Shown piece by piece: positions 18,013 to 30,864 of a stretch of 35,892 nt of DNA. Position 1 is the first letter of the stretch. The number at the start of each line of letters is the position of its first letter. A program made the position numbers and the translations under genes. Under the pieces are notes generated by a model. It was not told the DNA's origin. It saw only the letters and a list, made by a program, of their open reading frames with translations, and made no database searches. This DNA comes from an uncultured Carnobacterium sp. (GTDB lineage Bacteria > Bacillota > Bacilli > Lactobacillales > Aerococcaceae): positions 1 to 35,892 of the forward strand of contig CAJPNA010000001.1 in NCBI GenBank assembly GCA_905371865.1. Direction: 5' to 3'.

Positions 18013-19272
18013 TTATTTCTTCTTGCGATTGAGAATCGCGTTGAGGACTACGGCAAGGATGCTAGCCATCACGATTCCGTTCGAGAAGAACATTCGAAAT
18101 GCGGTTGGGAGGCTATTGAAAAGATTGCTATTATTGAATCCGACCCCTACTGCAATAGACACCGCTGCAATGAGGAAGTTATTTTCATTATTGACAAAAT
18201 CCACACGAGCCAGCATTTGCATGCCTTGAAGCGATACAAATCCAAACATAACAATAATTGCCCCACCAATGACAGGACTCGGAATGATTTGTGCAAGAGC
18301 GCCAAATTTTGGAAGGAGTCCAAGGAGCACAAGAAAGCCTGCTGCGTAATAAATCGGAAGACGTGTTTTAATCCCAGACATTTTCACTAAGCCTACATTT
18401 TGAGAGAAACCTGTATAAGGGAAGGTATTAAACACCCCTCCAAGGAGTACCGCTAATCCCTCTGCTCGGTATCCGTTGCGAAGGCGAGTTGCATCGATTG
18501 GATCCTTCGTAATATCAGACAAGGCTAGATAGACCCCTGTTGATTCTACCATTGATACCGTTGCAATAATACACATCATCACGATGGAAGAAAATTCAAA
18601 AGTTGGAGCCCCAAAATAAAACACGGTAGGAATATGAAGGATGGGTGCTTGGCTCACAGGTGTAAAGTTCACTTGACCCATTCCTGAAGCAATCAAGGCC
18701 CCAATCACTAAACCTAGTAGGATTGAAATGGATTTGAGGAATCCTTTTGTAAAAATATTAACGACTAAAATAATGAGAACTGTAATGAGAGCGAGCATTA
18801 AACTTTCTAGAGACGGATTTGCCACGTTATTTCCCATATTTCCAATGGCAACCGGAATGAGTGTGAGTCCGATGGTTGTAATCACAGAGCCGGTAACAAT
18901 GGCAGGAAAATAGTTCGCCAGTTTTGAGAAGATTCCCGAAGCTAAAACTACAAAAATCCCAGAGACAATAAGCGCACCAAACATCGCTCCACTTCCATGG
19001 CTCTGTCAAATAATCGTTAATGGAGCTACTGATTGAAATGCCACGCCCAAGACGACTGGTAACCCAATTCCAAAATACTTATTGAGTTGCAACTGAAGAA
19101 AAGTGGCTACCCCACACATAAAAATATCTGTTGAGACTAAATATGTCAGTTGTTCGCTATTATAGCCAAGCGCCTGCCCAATCATCATTGGCACTAAAAT
19201 CGATCCTGAATACATCGCTAATAGATGTTGAAGTCCCAGTACCATTGCCTTGGAATGCTTTTCCTGTTGCAT
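18013..19272 (-). pseudogene. pbuX: Xanthine permease (NCS2) interrupted by an in-frame TGA at 19006-19008
   Basis: LGLQHLLAMY and NTFPYTGFSQNVG motifs; both halves in the same frame: ..LTII*QSHGSGAMFG.. Confidence 0.9.
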
Positions 19273-19853
19273 TATAGGTCCGCCTCCTTAAACACAACTA
19301 TTCCGTTTTCAAACCGTTCTAAACGTGCCAGAGAAAAGACTGGAATTCCCGCTTCTTCTAGTAAACCTCTTCCCTCTTGGAAGGACTTCTCGATTACAAT
19401 TCCAACCGCTTCGACTTTGGCTCCTGCTTGTTCAACAATCTCGACTAATCCTTTTGCGGCTTGCCCATTCGCTAGAAAATCATCCACAATTAACACTTTA
19501 TCCTTCTCTGAAAGGTATTTACTAGCTATCGACACTGTATTGGTCACTTGCTTTGTAAATGAAAACACCTCTGCTGTTAGAATTCCTTCATTCATTGTGA
19601 TATTTTTAGACTTCTTTGCAAAAATCATTGGAACTTCTAAGGCATCCGCCGTATACAGTGCTGGAGCAATTCCCGACGCTTCAATGGTGAACACTTTTGT
19701 AATTCCAGCATCCTGAAACTTCTTAGCAAAAACATCTCCAATTTCTTTCATCAAGTGTAAATCTACCTGATGCGTTAAAAACGAGTCTACTTTAAGGATA
19801 TTTTCACCTAACACATAACCATCTTTTAAAATACGAGCTTCTAATGATTCCAT
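19272..19853 (-). CDS. xpt: Xanthine phosphoribosyltransferase
   Basis: [37 protein letters not shown]. Confidence 0.97.
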   Translation of the reverse strand: MESLEARILKDGYVLGENILKVDSFLTHQVDLHLMKEIGDVFAKKFQDAGITKVFTIEASGIAPALYTADALEVPMIFAKKSKNITMNEGILTAEVFSFTKQVTNTVSIASKYLSEKDKVLIVDDFLANGQAAKGLVEIVEQAGAKVEAVGIVIEKSFQEGRGLLEEAGIPVFSLARLERFENGIVVFKEADL

Positions 19854-19920
19854 AACTCCTCCTTAAACCCTCTGTTTATAAATACGTACAATAACAACGC
19901 GTCTAATAATGATAGTTCTT

Positions 19921-19985
19921 ATTTTACAGTTGCAACTCTGATTTTTCAACTGTTTTTGGGGTTCGTTTTATTTTTTCGCGAATGT
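19921..19985 (-). promoter_or_regulatory. xpt promoter with possible PurR boxes
   Basis: TTGAAA(19944-19949)-17 bp-TAAAAT(19921-19926); AAAACGAAC and an inverted CGAA further upstream. Confidence 0.5.
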
Positions 19986-20030
19986 TTATCTCGAATTTTT
20001 TTTATTGTTCTTTTTCAATTCTTATCCAAC

Positions 20031-20060
20031 AAAAAAACGAGCAGAAAATCTGCTCGTTTT
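20031..20060 (-). terminator. Terminator after the gtrA-like gene
   Basis: AAAACGAGCAGA-aaa-TCTGCTCGTTTT. Confidence 0.8.
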
Positions 20061-20068
20061 GCTTCTCT

Positions 20069-20500
20069 TTAATCATTTGTAGGTTCGTCTTGTTTAAATG
20101 CCCAAAACCGTTGACCCACATAGTTTAGTAATACAAAAAGGCCCATTCCAGCTACTAAAGCCAAGTTTCCTTGAAGTTTTTCACCAAGACCTGCAAACAA
20201 GTACAACACAAGTGGCTTCGCGATACCATAGGCAATGATATAACAAACCGTGATATTGATGATAAAGCGGATAATGGATTTCTTCGTCGTTTCTTCCACT
20301 TTAAACGTAAACTTCTTATTCAAGAAATAACTTAAGATACTTCCACAAACATAATTCATTCCGGAAGAAAACCAGTATCCCAAGTTTAAAATATTGTAAC
20401 AAAAGAACATGATGGTCATTCCAAATAATGTGTTGACAACTCCCACTGCAATAAAGGTTAGAAAGGTCTTATCAAACACCTTTTTCAATTTTTCTTGCAC
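20069..20500 (-). CDS. GtrA family membrane protein
   Basis: F..VGVVNT, SYFLNKKFTF, NYVGQRFWAF; GTG at 20500 after GGAGG. Confidence 0.92.
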   Translation of the reverse strand: MQEKLKKVFDKTFLTFIAVGVVNTLFGMTIMFFCYNILNLGYWFSSGMNYVCGSILSYFLNKKFTFKVEETTKKSIIRFIINITVCYIIAYGIAKPLVLYLFAGLGEKLQGNLALVAGMGLFVLLNYVGQRFWAFKQDEPTND

Positions 20501-20557
20501 GTTCTCGCCTCCCAAGTCTCAAGTTCATCCTATTATACAATAAACTGCAAAATAAAA

Positions 20558-20583
20558 CACAACTCATGAAATCATAAGTTGTG
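20558..20583 (-). terminator. Terminator after rpoE
   Basis: CACAACTCATGA/TCATAAGTTGTG followed by TTTTATTTT. Confidence 0.6.
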
Positions 20584-20609
20584 CTTTGATAGTTGTTATT
20601 AAAGAAAGA

Positions 20610-21224
20610 TTATTCTTCCTCTTCTTCATCGAAGTCGCTATCAAGATCTTCGTCATCAATGATGATAAGATCTTCCTCCACACTCACTTCGTCTTCTAAG
20701 TCTTCATCTGCACCTAGTTCATTTAAGTCAGAACGATATGCATCAATTTCATCTTCTTCATCATCGTCGTCTAAATCAACATCTATATCATCGTCTAAGT
20801 CGTCGCTATCAAGATCTTCATCGTCAAGAAGTTCTTCATCTTCTGGATCGTCATCATTGTAATCGATAAGGTCATCTTCACTTCCGAATGCATTGACTTT
20901 CTTACGTTTCTTACGAGGTTTTTTCACTTCTTCATCTTCCATTGAAGTCGCAATTTCTTCATCGATAGAGTCGATTGGGTACCAATCACGTAAGCCCCAA
21001 CGATTTTCTCCAAGTGAGATAAAGCTTCCGTCAATATTTAAATCTGTGTAAAAACGAGCCATACGAGCTTCTAATGCTTCGTCGCTTAATTCCATGTATT
21101 CTTGAATTTCTACTAGTAATTGGTTGAAATCTAAAACTTCATTCTTCGCTTCTAAAATAGCATGCGCTACTTCGACCATTGATAATTCGTTTTTGTTAAT
21201 GCCATCGAGTTTCTTTAATTCCAA
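20610..21224 (-). CDS. rpoE: RNA polymerase delta subunit
   Basis: ELSMVEVA, FYTDLNIDGSFISLGENRWGLR.WY, lysine tract, acidic tail. Confidence 0.97.
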   Translation of the reverse strand: MELKKLDGINKNELSMVEVAHAILEAKNEVLDFNQLLVEIQEYMELSDEALEARMARFYTDLNIDGSFISLGENRWGLRDWYPIDSIDEEIATSMEDEEVKKPRKKRKKVNAFGSEDDLIDYNDDDPEDEELLDDEDLDSDDLDDDIDVDLDDDDEEDEIDAYRSDLNELGADEDLEDEVSVEEDLIIIDDEDLDSDFDEEEEE

Positions 21225-21301
21225 TGGTTACACTTCCTTTCCAGTTCATCTAACACAGTATAGCATAATTTTCAAAGTTTATGCTAGTTTAGAGAGATTT
21301 T

Positions 21302-21721
21302 TTATACATTTTCCTTGATTTGAAGCTGAAAGGTCACTAAAGAGCTCGTAATTAGTTGGTTTTGTTGGAATAATTGGTATTCCAGTACTAGTAACACCAT
21401 CTCTTCCGTCTCTTCGAGGTGTACTTGTTTGGTTCGAATCTCAAAATGCATTTGTCTTCCTGCGCCTAACTCATAAATTCCTTTAGTCGCCTTCGTATGA
21501 TGAAAGTCCATTTGACTACGCACATCTCCTTGACGGTGTAAAGTTACCTGAGGAACCGCTTCTGTCGTATTCACTTCTATTTTCACGCGCGTATTGGTTT
21601 CTTCTTCCACATAACTAAGTACAAAACCGGAGTCCTTACGAAGACGAGTCGCATCCGCAAGCATGCGTTGCTTCATCGTTTCCCCGCCTTGACTCAATAT
21701 CGTTTCAATCGTTAATTTCAT
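21302..21721 (-). CDS. DUF1934 (YwiB-like) protein
   Basis: L.Y.EE, V.L.R.G...S.M.F, L.LEY.L pattern; typical position upstream of rpoE. Confidence 0.75.
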   Translation of the reverse strand: MKLTIETILSQGGETMKQRMLADATRLRKDSGFVLSYVEEETNTRVKIEVNTTEAVPQVTLHRQGDVRSQMDFHHTKATKGIYELGAGRQMHFEIRTKQVHLEETEEMVLLVLEYQLFQQNQLITSSLVTFQLQIKENV

Positions 21722-21837
21722 ATTCCATCCCCCTCTCAAGCCTATTTCTTTTCTTCTACCCTTTCTGGATTTTTAGCGGCAAGCAAACTCTGCATTGCAA
21801 GCCTCTATTCCAAAAAGGATTCTAAATTCATAAAACC

Positions 21838-22083
21838 TTTGATAGCGGAGAATTTTCGGAACTTTTTGAGGGTGGAGAACCTTACGGATGTTATAAAAAC
21901 AGTTATGGGAATTCGTATTAAATGCGAATTAGAGGGCGTAAGGAAAATTTCCCTACGCCCTCTTTGAGGCTTTAAAGGTGAGAGACCCTAGGATCGAACC
22001 GGTACCTCATAACAGTTTTTATAACAGCAATCCGTAAGGATTCGAAACCCCAAAAAGGAGCCGAAAAATTCGAAGCCATCAAA
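21838..22083 (+). repeat. Structured dispersed element, copy D
   Basis: About 70-bp imperfect TIRs, AGAGGGCGTA/TACGCCCTCT hairpin, core GAGACCCTAGG..CCGGTAC. Confidence 0.9.
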
Positions 22084-22095
22084 TATAAATATATT

Positions 22096-23526
22096 TTAGT
22101 ATTTCGCTAACTCTTGTTGTAATAGTTGGTTTACAACGCCAGGGTTTGCTTTCCCTTTCGTTTGCTTCATAATCTGCCCAACTAAAAATCCAACAGCGCG
22201 GTCTTTCCCATTCTTGAAGTCTTCAATCGACTGTGCATTGTTCGCCAACACATCTTGAATAATCGGTAATAACTGATCAGGATCACTCAATTGAATCATA
22301 CCGTGTTTTTCAACAACGCCTTTTGCAGTTCCGCCTTCTTCGGCTAATAGCAAGAAGACTTTCTTCGCTAATTTCGAACTGATGGTTCCGTCCGCAATTA
22401 ATTGAATCATTTCTGCTAAGTTTTCTGGCGTTAACTTCAAGTCTTTCAATTCTAATTTCTTGCTGTTCATATGCGCTGAGATGTCACCCATTAACCAGTT
22501 TGACGCTTGTTTAGGATCGGCACCCGCAGCAACTGTTGAATCGAAGAAATCAGACATTTCTTTCGTTAATGTTAATACCATTGCATCGTATTCTGGTAAA
22601 CCAAATTCGCTCACATAACGTTCACGACGTTTGCTTGGCATTTCAGGAATTGACGCACGCACTTCTTCAATCCATTCATTTGAGATTTGGAAGTTTGGTA
22701 GGTCTGGTTCTGGGAAGTAACGGTAGTCACTTGACCCTTCTTTAACACGCATTAAAATCGTTTGACCCGTCGCATCATCAAAACGACGTGTTTCTTGTAG
22801 GATTTCTCCTCCATTACGTAGAACGTTGGCTTGACGAACTTCTTCGAATGCTAACCCTTTACGGACGTTGTTAAATGAGTTTAAGTTTTTCAACTCTGTT
22901 TTTGTACCGAATTTTTCTTGCCCATAAGGACGAATTGAAATGTTCGCGTCACAACGCATTGAACCTTCTTCCATCTTCACGTCAGAAACACCTGTAAACA
23001 TGATAATTTGACGAAGTGCTTCAAGGTACGCATACGCTTCTTCAGGAGAACGCATATCGGCTTCTGATACGATTTCAATCAGTGGAGTTCCTTGACGGTT
23101 TAAGTCCACATAAGAGAATCCGTCTGTACCGTGCGTATTTTTACCCGCATCTTCTTCTAGGTGGACACGTTCAATACGAATGCGTTTTGTTTGTCCTTCT
23201 ACTTCGATATCAATCCAGCCATCATGACCGATTGGGTAATCGAATTGAGAGATTTGGTACGCTTTTGGATTATCAGGGTAGAAATAGTTTTTACGGTCGA
23301 ATTTTGTATCTTGAGAAATCGTACAGTTCAACGCAAGAGCTGCACGCATTCCAAATTCTACCGCACGTTTATTCACGACAGGAAGTACTCCTGGATATCC
23401 CCAGTCGATGACGTTTGTATTTGTATTTGGTTCCGCACCGAAATGCGCTGGTGATGGAGAGAACATTTTTGAATCAGTTTTTAATTCAACGTGGCACTCT
23501 AAACCAATAATTGTTTCAAAGTTCAT
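22096..23526 (-). CDS. gatB: Asp/Glu-tRNA amidotransferase subunit B
   Basis: [37 protein letters not shown]. Confidence 0.98.
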   Translation of the reverse strand: MNFETIIGLECHVELKTDSKMFSPSPAHFGAEPNTNTNVIDWGYPGVLPVVNKRAVEFGMRAALALNCTISQDTKFDRKNYFYPDNPKAYQISQFDYPIGHDGWIDIEVEGQTKRIRIERVHLEEDAGKNTHGTDGFSYVDLNRQGTPLIEIVSEADMRSPEEAYAYLEALRQIIMFTGVSDVKMEEGSMRCDANISIRPYGQEKFGTKTELKNLNSFNNVRKGLAFEEVRQANVLRNGGEILQETRRFDDATGQTILMRVKEGSSDYRYFPEPDLPNFQISNEWIEEVRASIPEMPSKRRERYVSEFGLPEYDAMVLTLTKEMSDFFDSTVAAGADPKQASNWLMGDISAHMNSKKLELKDLKLTPENLAEMIQLIADGTISSKLAKKVFLLLAEEGGTAKGVVEKHGMIQLSDPDQLLPIIQDVLANNAQSIEDFKNGKDRAVGFLVGQIMKQTKGKANPGVVNQLLQQELAKY

Positions 23527-23540
23527 GTCATTGTTCCTCC

Positions 23541-24998
23541 TTATAATTGTGGGCGGCGTAAGTAGTAATCATTTGCTTGTTCAAATGCATACGCTGCTTG
23601 ATAAATTGTTTTTTCTTGGAAGTAATTTCCGATTAATTGAATTCCGACTGGTAGACCTTCGTTTGTGAAGCCAGCAGGGACTGAAATCGCTGGTAATCCA
23701 GCTAAGTTCACAGGAACTGTTAATAAGTCTGCCATGTACATTGCAAGAGGATCATCACTGTGTTCACCAATCCCATAAGCTGCAGATGTCGTTACAGGTC
23801 CTAAGATTAAATCATAGTTTTCAAATACTTTTGCAAAGTCTTGTTTGATTAATGTACGAACTTGTCCCGCTTTCTTGAAATAAGCATCGTAGTAGCCTGA
23901 ACTTAAACTAAATGTTCCAAGCATGATACGACGTTTTACTTCCATTCCAAAACCTTCAGAACGGCTCTTCACGTATAAATCTTCTAATGTTTCTGCTTCT
24001 GTTGAACGGTGACCATAACGAATTCCGTCGAAACGTTGTAAGTTAGAAGAAGCTTCAGATGAAGCGATGATATAGTACGCTGGAATCCCGTATTTAGAAT
24101 GAGGTAGGCTCACTTCTTCAACGATAGCTCCCATCGCGCGGTATTGATCAGCTGCTTTAAGAACAGCTGCTTGAACCTCAGCGTCTACACCTTCTGCAAA
24201 ATATTCTTTTGGCAACGCGATACGCATGCCTTTAATATCGCCTGTTAACCCTTTATGGTAGGCTGGCACTTCTTGAGGCACACTTGTTGAATCGCGGTGG
24301 TCATATCCAGAAATCGCGCTTAATACTAAGGCGTTATCTTGAACCGTACGTGTAAATGGTCCGATTTGGTCTAAGCTGGATGCAAAGGCAATCAAACCGT
24401 AACGAGAAATACGACCATATGTTGGTTTCATCCCAACAATACCTGTGAAACTTGCAGGTTGACGGATAGAACCACCAGTATCAGAACCTAGCGTTGCAAG
24501 CACTTCGCCAGAAGCAACCGCAGCAGCAGAACCACCTGAAGATCCACCAGGAACTTTTGTTAAGTCCCAAGGATTTTTTGTTTTCTTGAAGTAAGAAGTT
24601 TCTGTTGAACCACCCATGGCAAATTCGTCCATGTTTAATTTACCAACGTTAACCGCACCTTCAGCTTTTAATAATTCCATCACGTGCGCATCGTAAATTG
24701 GGTTGAAGTCTTCTAACATGCGGCTTGAAGCAGTTGTTAAAAGGTCTCGAGTCACGATATTATCTTTAATCCCGATTGGAAGACCTTGAAGTGACGCTTC
24801 CTCCCCGTAGCCTTTTTCATCAGCAGCTGCTGCTTGTTTTAAGGCTTCTTCTTCATTCAATGTCACGAACGCTTCCACTTTAGGTTCTAAAGCATGGATA
24901 CGCTCGAATGTTGCTTTGGTTAATTCCACAGAAGTGAATTCTTTATTACGAAGACCTTCGTGAAGCTCAACTAATGTTTTGTTTTCAATAATACTCAT
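23541..24998 (-). CDS. gatA: Asp/Glu-tRNA amidotransferase subunit A
   Basis: Amidase signature [23 protein letters not shown]. Confidence 0.98.
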   Translation of the reverse strand: MSIIENKTLVELHEGLRNKEFTSVELTKATFERIHALEPKVEAFVTLNEEEALKQAAAADEKGYGEEASLQGLPIGIKDNIVTRDLLTTASSRMLEDFNPIYDAHVMELLKAEGAVNVGKLNMDEFAMGGSTETSYFKKTKNPWDLTKVPGGSSGGSAAAVASGEVLATLGSDTGGSIRQPASFTGIVGMKPTYGRISRYGLIAFASSLDQIGPFTRTVQDNALVLSAISGYDHRDSTSVPQEVPAYHKGLTGDIKGMRIALPKEYFAEGVDAEVQAAVLKAADQYRAMGAIVEEVSLPHSKYGIPAYYIIASSEASSNLQRFDGIRYGHRSTEAETLEDLYVKSRSEGFGMEVKRRIMLGTFSLSSGYYDAYFKKAGQVRTLIKQDFAKVFENYDLILGPVTTSAAYGIGEHSDDPLAMYMADLLTVPVNLAGLPAISVPAGFTNEGLPVGIQLIGNYFQEKTIYQAAYAFEQANDYYLRRPQL

Positions 24999-25303
24999 GC
25001 TTCACCCTCCTCGTTTTCGCCCATAATTGCAGGCACTTGAATAAATCCATCTTCGCTTGTTTTCACATTACGCATTAATAAGTCGCGGTCTGTTCCTTTT
25101 TCAGCCACGTCTTCACGCATGACATTCACTAATGGATAGCCATGTGTTGTTACAGGAACTCCTGTCGTATCCACTTCTTTTAATTGTTCCACCATATCAA
25201 TGATATCGCTCATTTGTTCTGTAAAATGAAGAATTTCATTGTCGGCAAAAGCTAGCTTTGCAAGTTTGGCAACGTGTCTAACTTCTTTTTCCTCAATGGC
25301 CAT
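24995..25303 (-). CDS. gatC: Asp/Glu-tRNA amidotransferase subunit C
   Basis: [22 protein letters not shown]; operon context. Confidence 0.96.
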   Translation of the reverse strand: MAIEEKEVRHVAKLAKLAFADNEILHFTEQMSDIIDMVEQLKEVDTTGVPVTTHGYPLVNVMREDVAEKGTDRDLLMRNVKTSEDGFIQVPAIMGENEEGEA

Positions 25304-25368
25304 TTCTTTTCCTCGCTTTCAAAATCATTACTTTCCTATTGTAAACACTTTAAGCATGGTTATCAATA

Positions 25369-26496
25369 TTAATCGAATATATGGTAAGTGAACACACCCT
25401 GCGTTAAATCTTGCATCAGGAACGCTTCTACTCCATTAATTGAACTAATACGCACTTCTACTGGAGTTGTTTTTGATAAATATTTATTAGCTGCATCGGT
25501 TACATGTTGTGCTAAGGCAATCATTTCAGATTCACCATAAAATTGTGTCATAATATCAATCACCATTTTTTTGGCCACATTATCTTGATATTTCACTCGA
25601 GCTGTAACACCTGAGAGATTTGGGAAGACGTTTTGTACTTCCGTTTTGAAATTCTCAAACGCAGTAGATTCTTCCGTTGCTGCTTCGTTCACTAGCGGTA
25701 GCACTGTCACTTTCTGGTTTACATTCGTCCAGTTCGTAATTTCAGTTCCTTCAACAGAAGTCGCTTCTAAGACATAAACGCCTCCACCAATATCATCTTT
25801 TGAAGTTTGTCTGAAGACTCCAAAGACAATCGGCACCGCTTTGAGCGCATCATTTTGACGCAGTCTTGTTAAAATTTGGTTCACGATCGTTTTAGCTTGT
25901 TCAATCATGACTTCTTTAGAAATCTTGGTTTCTGCGTCACGATCACCGTTGGTATAGTAATCCACACTATTCATCGCAACCCCAATACTAATCCCACCTA
26001 ACTCAAAGTTATTTTCTGTTTGAATCATGTAGTCTTGTTCTAAAATTTGCGCTAAATATAGCGGAGCGCGTCCTGTTGGTGAAGTATCTCTATTATCAGC
26101 AGGATTCAACCCTTCTGGATTTTTATCACTTTTTCGTGCAATCCATTTAGCGGTTGTATCGGAATCGATAACCTGTCCTTCTCTGAAGAAATACTGATTC
26201 GTAGGAAATACTGTTCTAGAAAGCTCAATTAATCCTGTCTCAAAGTTTTTTAAATTAAATCCCGTATTCAAGCTTAAAGTAGCTCCACGGTTTTGACTGA
26301 CTTGATATTTCCCATTAGTAATCAATGCACGATAAAAATTATTGGACAGTTGATTCGTTGTCGACTGAACCACTTTTGTATTGGCATCATTTTTCGTATT
26401 TGTATTTTGGCGATTGGCTTGAGTAATATCTGCACAGGCGGCTAAGGTGAATGCACTCATTAACCCTAATAATCCCAAGCGTAATTGATGTTTCAT
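25369..26496 (-). CDS. camS: CamS family sex-pheromone precursor lipoprotein
   Basis: Lipobox LAAC, FETGL, F.EGQ, GLNP, ILEQDY; ligA-camS-gatC synteny. Confidence 0.9.
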   Translation of the reverse strand: MKHQLRLGLLGLMSAFTLAACADITQANRQNTNTKNDANTKVVQSTTNQLSNNFYRALITNGKYQVSQNRGATLSLNTGFNLKNFETGLIELSRTVFPTNQYFFREGQVIDSDTTAKWIARKSDKNPEGLNPADNRDTSPTGRAPLYLAQILEQDYMIQTENNFELGGISIGVAMNSVDYYTNGDRDAETKISKEVMIEQAKTIVNQILTRLRQNDALKAVPIVFGVFRQTSKDDIGGGVYVLEATSVEGTEITNWTNVNQKVTVLPLVNEAATEESTAFENFKTEVQNVFPNLSGVTARVKYQDNVAKKMVIDIMTQFYGESEMIALAQHVTDAANKYLSKTTPVEVRISSINGVEAFLMQDLTQGVFTYHIFD

Positions 26497-26508
26497 ATGA
26501 CTTCCTTT

Positions 26509-28518
<2,010 letters not shown>

Positions 28519-30840
28519 CTATTCTTCGATTTTTTCAATTGGGGCAAAACTTGCAAGGAGTCGTTTAATCCCCATCCCAGAAAAAGCCACGTCAAGTTCT
28601 TGACGGTCTCCTTCACCGGTAATACGGACTACAGTTCCCATCCCCCATTTCTTATGAGACACTTTCATTCCAACCGTCCATCCATCCGTTGAAGCAGACG
28701 TTGGCGTTTGTTTTTCTACGCGCTGAATGCTTGCAGAAGAGTGAGATTTCTTTTGTAAATACCCCTCATTCTTTTGCGCATTATTATTGCGGTAACGATC
28801 AAAGAGTCCCCCACCTGTTGCAGAAGAACCTCTGTTATAACTTGGTTTTTCTGAGTAGAAACTACTTGAATAATAAGAGTCGCTAATCGTTTCTCCTTCT
28901 TTTTGAAGAAGTTTATCATCAATTTCTTGCATAAAACGAGACTCGCGGTAATGTTGCGTTTTACCATAGAGCAGTCTTGAATACGCACGTGTCATAAAGA
29001 GCTTTTTCTCTGCACGTGTAATCCCTACATAGGCCAATCGACGTTCCTCTTCTTCATCACCTTCTTGTAAGGTTCTTGCAGAAGGAAAAATTCCGTCTTC
29101 CATCCCTACAAGGAACACGACGGGGAACTCTAACCCTTTTGCCGCATGCAAGGTCATCAATGTAATTTGTGAAGCACTCGTTTCTTCTTCATTTTCCATA
29201 TCCGTCACTAAGGATAAATCCGTTAAGAATTGGACTAAAGCCGATTCTTCTGCTTCAGAATCGAACCGTTTTTCTTCGAACTCTTTAGCTACGGATAAGA
29301 ATTCGCGCATATTATCGATTCGCGCATCAGCTTCCATGGTGTGCGCCTGTTCAAGAGAAGCAATGTAGCCTGATTTTATCATGACTTCTTCAATTAAATC
29401 GGTTAGCGAAACGAACTCTTGCATCTTCGTTAAATCGCTAATCAATTTCGCAAAATCGGCTAAACCTTTTCCTGCTTTCCCACTAATCCCATTAAGAGTC
29501 GTCTCAGCGGAAGCTTCTAAAAGAGAAAAGCCGTGCATTTGAGCAAAGTCTTCTAATTTTTCAATACTCTTTCCACCAATACCGCGTTTTGGCGCATTCA
29601 CGACACGTCTAAAGCTAAAGTCATCGGTCGGATTCACTAATAAACGTAAATAGGCGAGTAAATTCTTGATTTCCATGCGCTCGTAGAATCGTTGACCTCC
29701 TACCATTTTGAATGGCATATTTGCTTTTAATAAATCTTCTTCAAGGGTCCGTGATTGAGCATTACTACGGTATAAAACTGCAAAATCACTATAATCATAC
29801 CCGTCAAAATTTACCATCTTTTGAATAGTTCTCATCACATAACGAGACTCTTCATAACCAGAAGTCGCACAATAATAGGTAATCTTGTCCCCTGCTTCAT
29901 TTTCGGTCCATAACTCTTTCGGTTTACGATTTTGATTATTTTCAATCACTTGATTGGCAGCCTTTAAAATCGTCTTCGTCGAACGATAGTTTTGCTCTAG
30001 GAAGACCACCTTCGCCTCTGGATAATCGTGTTCAAACGACAAGATATTTTCCATATCAGCTCCACGCCAGCCGTAAATACTTTGATCGGCATCCCCAACT
30101 ACGCAAATATTTTTGAACTTATCGGCCAACAATTGAACCAATAAGTATTGTGCATGATTTGTATCTTGGTACTCATCCACATGAATATAATGGAATTTTT
30201 GTTGATAATATGCTAATACATCTGGATACTCTTTAAACAATTTCACCGTTAACATGATTAAATCATCAAAGTCAACGGTCATATTTTTGCGTTTTTCTGC
30301 TTCGTATTCGACATAGCACTTGGCTGTTATTTGGTCCATGAAGTTCACATGTGTTTTTGAGAAGGTTTCCGCATCTTCAAAATTATTTTTTGCATTACTA
30401 ATGCTTGCTAAGACTCCACGTGCATCAAACTTATCCGAATCAATATTCAATTTTTGCATAATGCGTTTCATCGCGGACAGTTGATCCCCTGAATCGATAA
30501 TCGTAAACGACTTTGCAAGACCGATACGTTCACAATCTCTGCGTAAAATGCGGACGCACATCGAGTGGAAAGTGGAGACCCACATATCATTGGCTTGTTC
30601 GCCCACTAGAGCACTCACACGTTCTTTCATCTCACTGGCCGCTTTATTCGTAAATGTAATCGCTAGAATATTCCACGGTTGTACTTCTTCCTCAGCTAAA
30701 ATATAAGCCATTCGATGCGTCAAAACACGTGTCTTTCCGCTTCCAGCACCCGCCATTACGAGAAGCGGGCCTTGTGTATGCACAACCGCTTCCTTTTGAC
30801 GAGGGTTCATTCCCTTAATTAATTCGCTTGAATTTTTCAC
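28519..30840 (-). CDS. pcrA: ATP-dependent DNA helicase PcrA
   Basis: AGAGSGKT, VDEYQDTN, QNYRST, TLHAAKGLEF, EERRLAYVGITRA. Confidence 0.98.
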   Translation of the reverse strand: MKNSSELIKGMNPRQKEAVVHTQGPLLVMAGAGSGKTRVLTHRMAYILAEEEVQPWNILAITFTNKAASEMKERVSALVGEQANDMWVSTFHSMCVRILRRDCERIGLAKSFTIIDSGDQLSAMKRIMQKLNIDSDKFDARGVLASISNAKNNFEDAETFSKTHVNFMDQITAKCYVEYEAEKRKNMTVDFDDLIMLTVKLFKEYPDVLAYYQQKFHYIHVDEYQDTNHAQYLLVQLLADKFKNICVVGDADQSIYGWRGADMENILSFEHDYPEAKVVFLEQNYRSTKTILKAANQVIENNQNRKPKELWTENEAGDKITYYCATSGYEESRYVMRTIQKMVNFDGYDYSDFAVLYRSNAQSRTLEEDLLKANMPFKMVGGQRFYERMEIKNLLAYLRLLVNPTDDFSFRRVVNAPKRGIGGKSIEKLEDFAQMHGFSLLEASAETTLNGISGKAGKGLADFAKLISDLTKMQEFVSLTDLIEEVMIKSGYIASLEQAHTMEADARIDNMREFLSVAKEFEEKRFDSEAEESALVQFLTDLSLVTDMENEEETSASQITLMTLHAAKGLEFPVVFLVGMEDGIFPSARTLQEGDEEEERRLAYVGITRAEKKLFMTRAYSRLLYGKTQHYRESRFMQEIDDKLLQKEGETISDSYYSSSFYSEKPSYNRGSSATGGGLFDRYRNNNAQKNEGYLQKKSHSSASIQRVEKQTPTSASTDGWTVGMKVSHKKWGMGTVVRITGEGDRQELDVAFSGMGIKRLLASFAPIEKIEE

Positions 30841-30864
30841 TCACTCTTTCCTTTCCTTGAGGAA

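Noticed and set aside
19006..19008. TGA recoded as Gly (genetic code 25) or selenocysteine
   Set aside because: TGA acts as a normal stop in gatC (24995); only one instance; no SECIS-like hairpin evident
20593..20862. Ser-rich plus-strand ORF and GAT/TCA-like repeats
   Set aside because: Antisense shadow of the acidic RpoE tail
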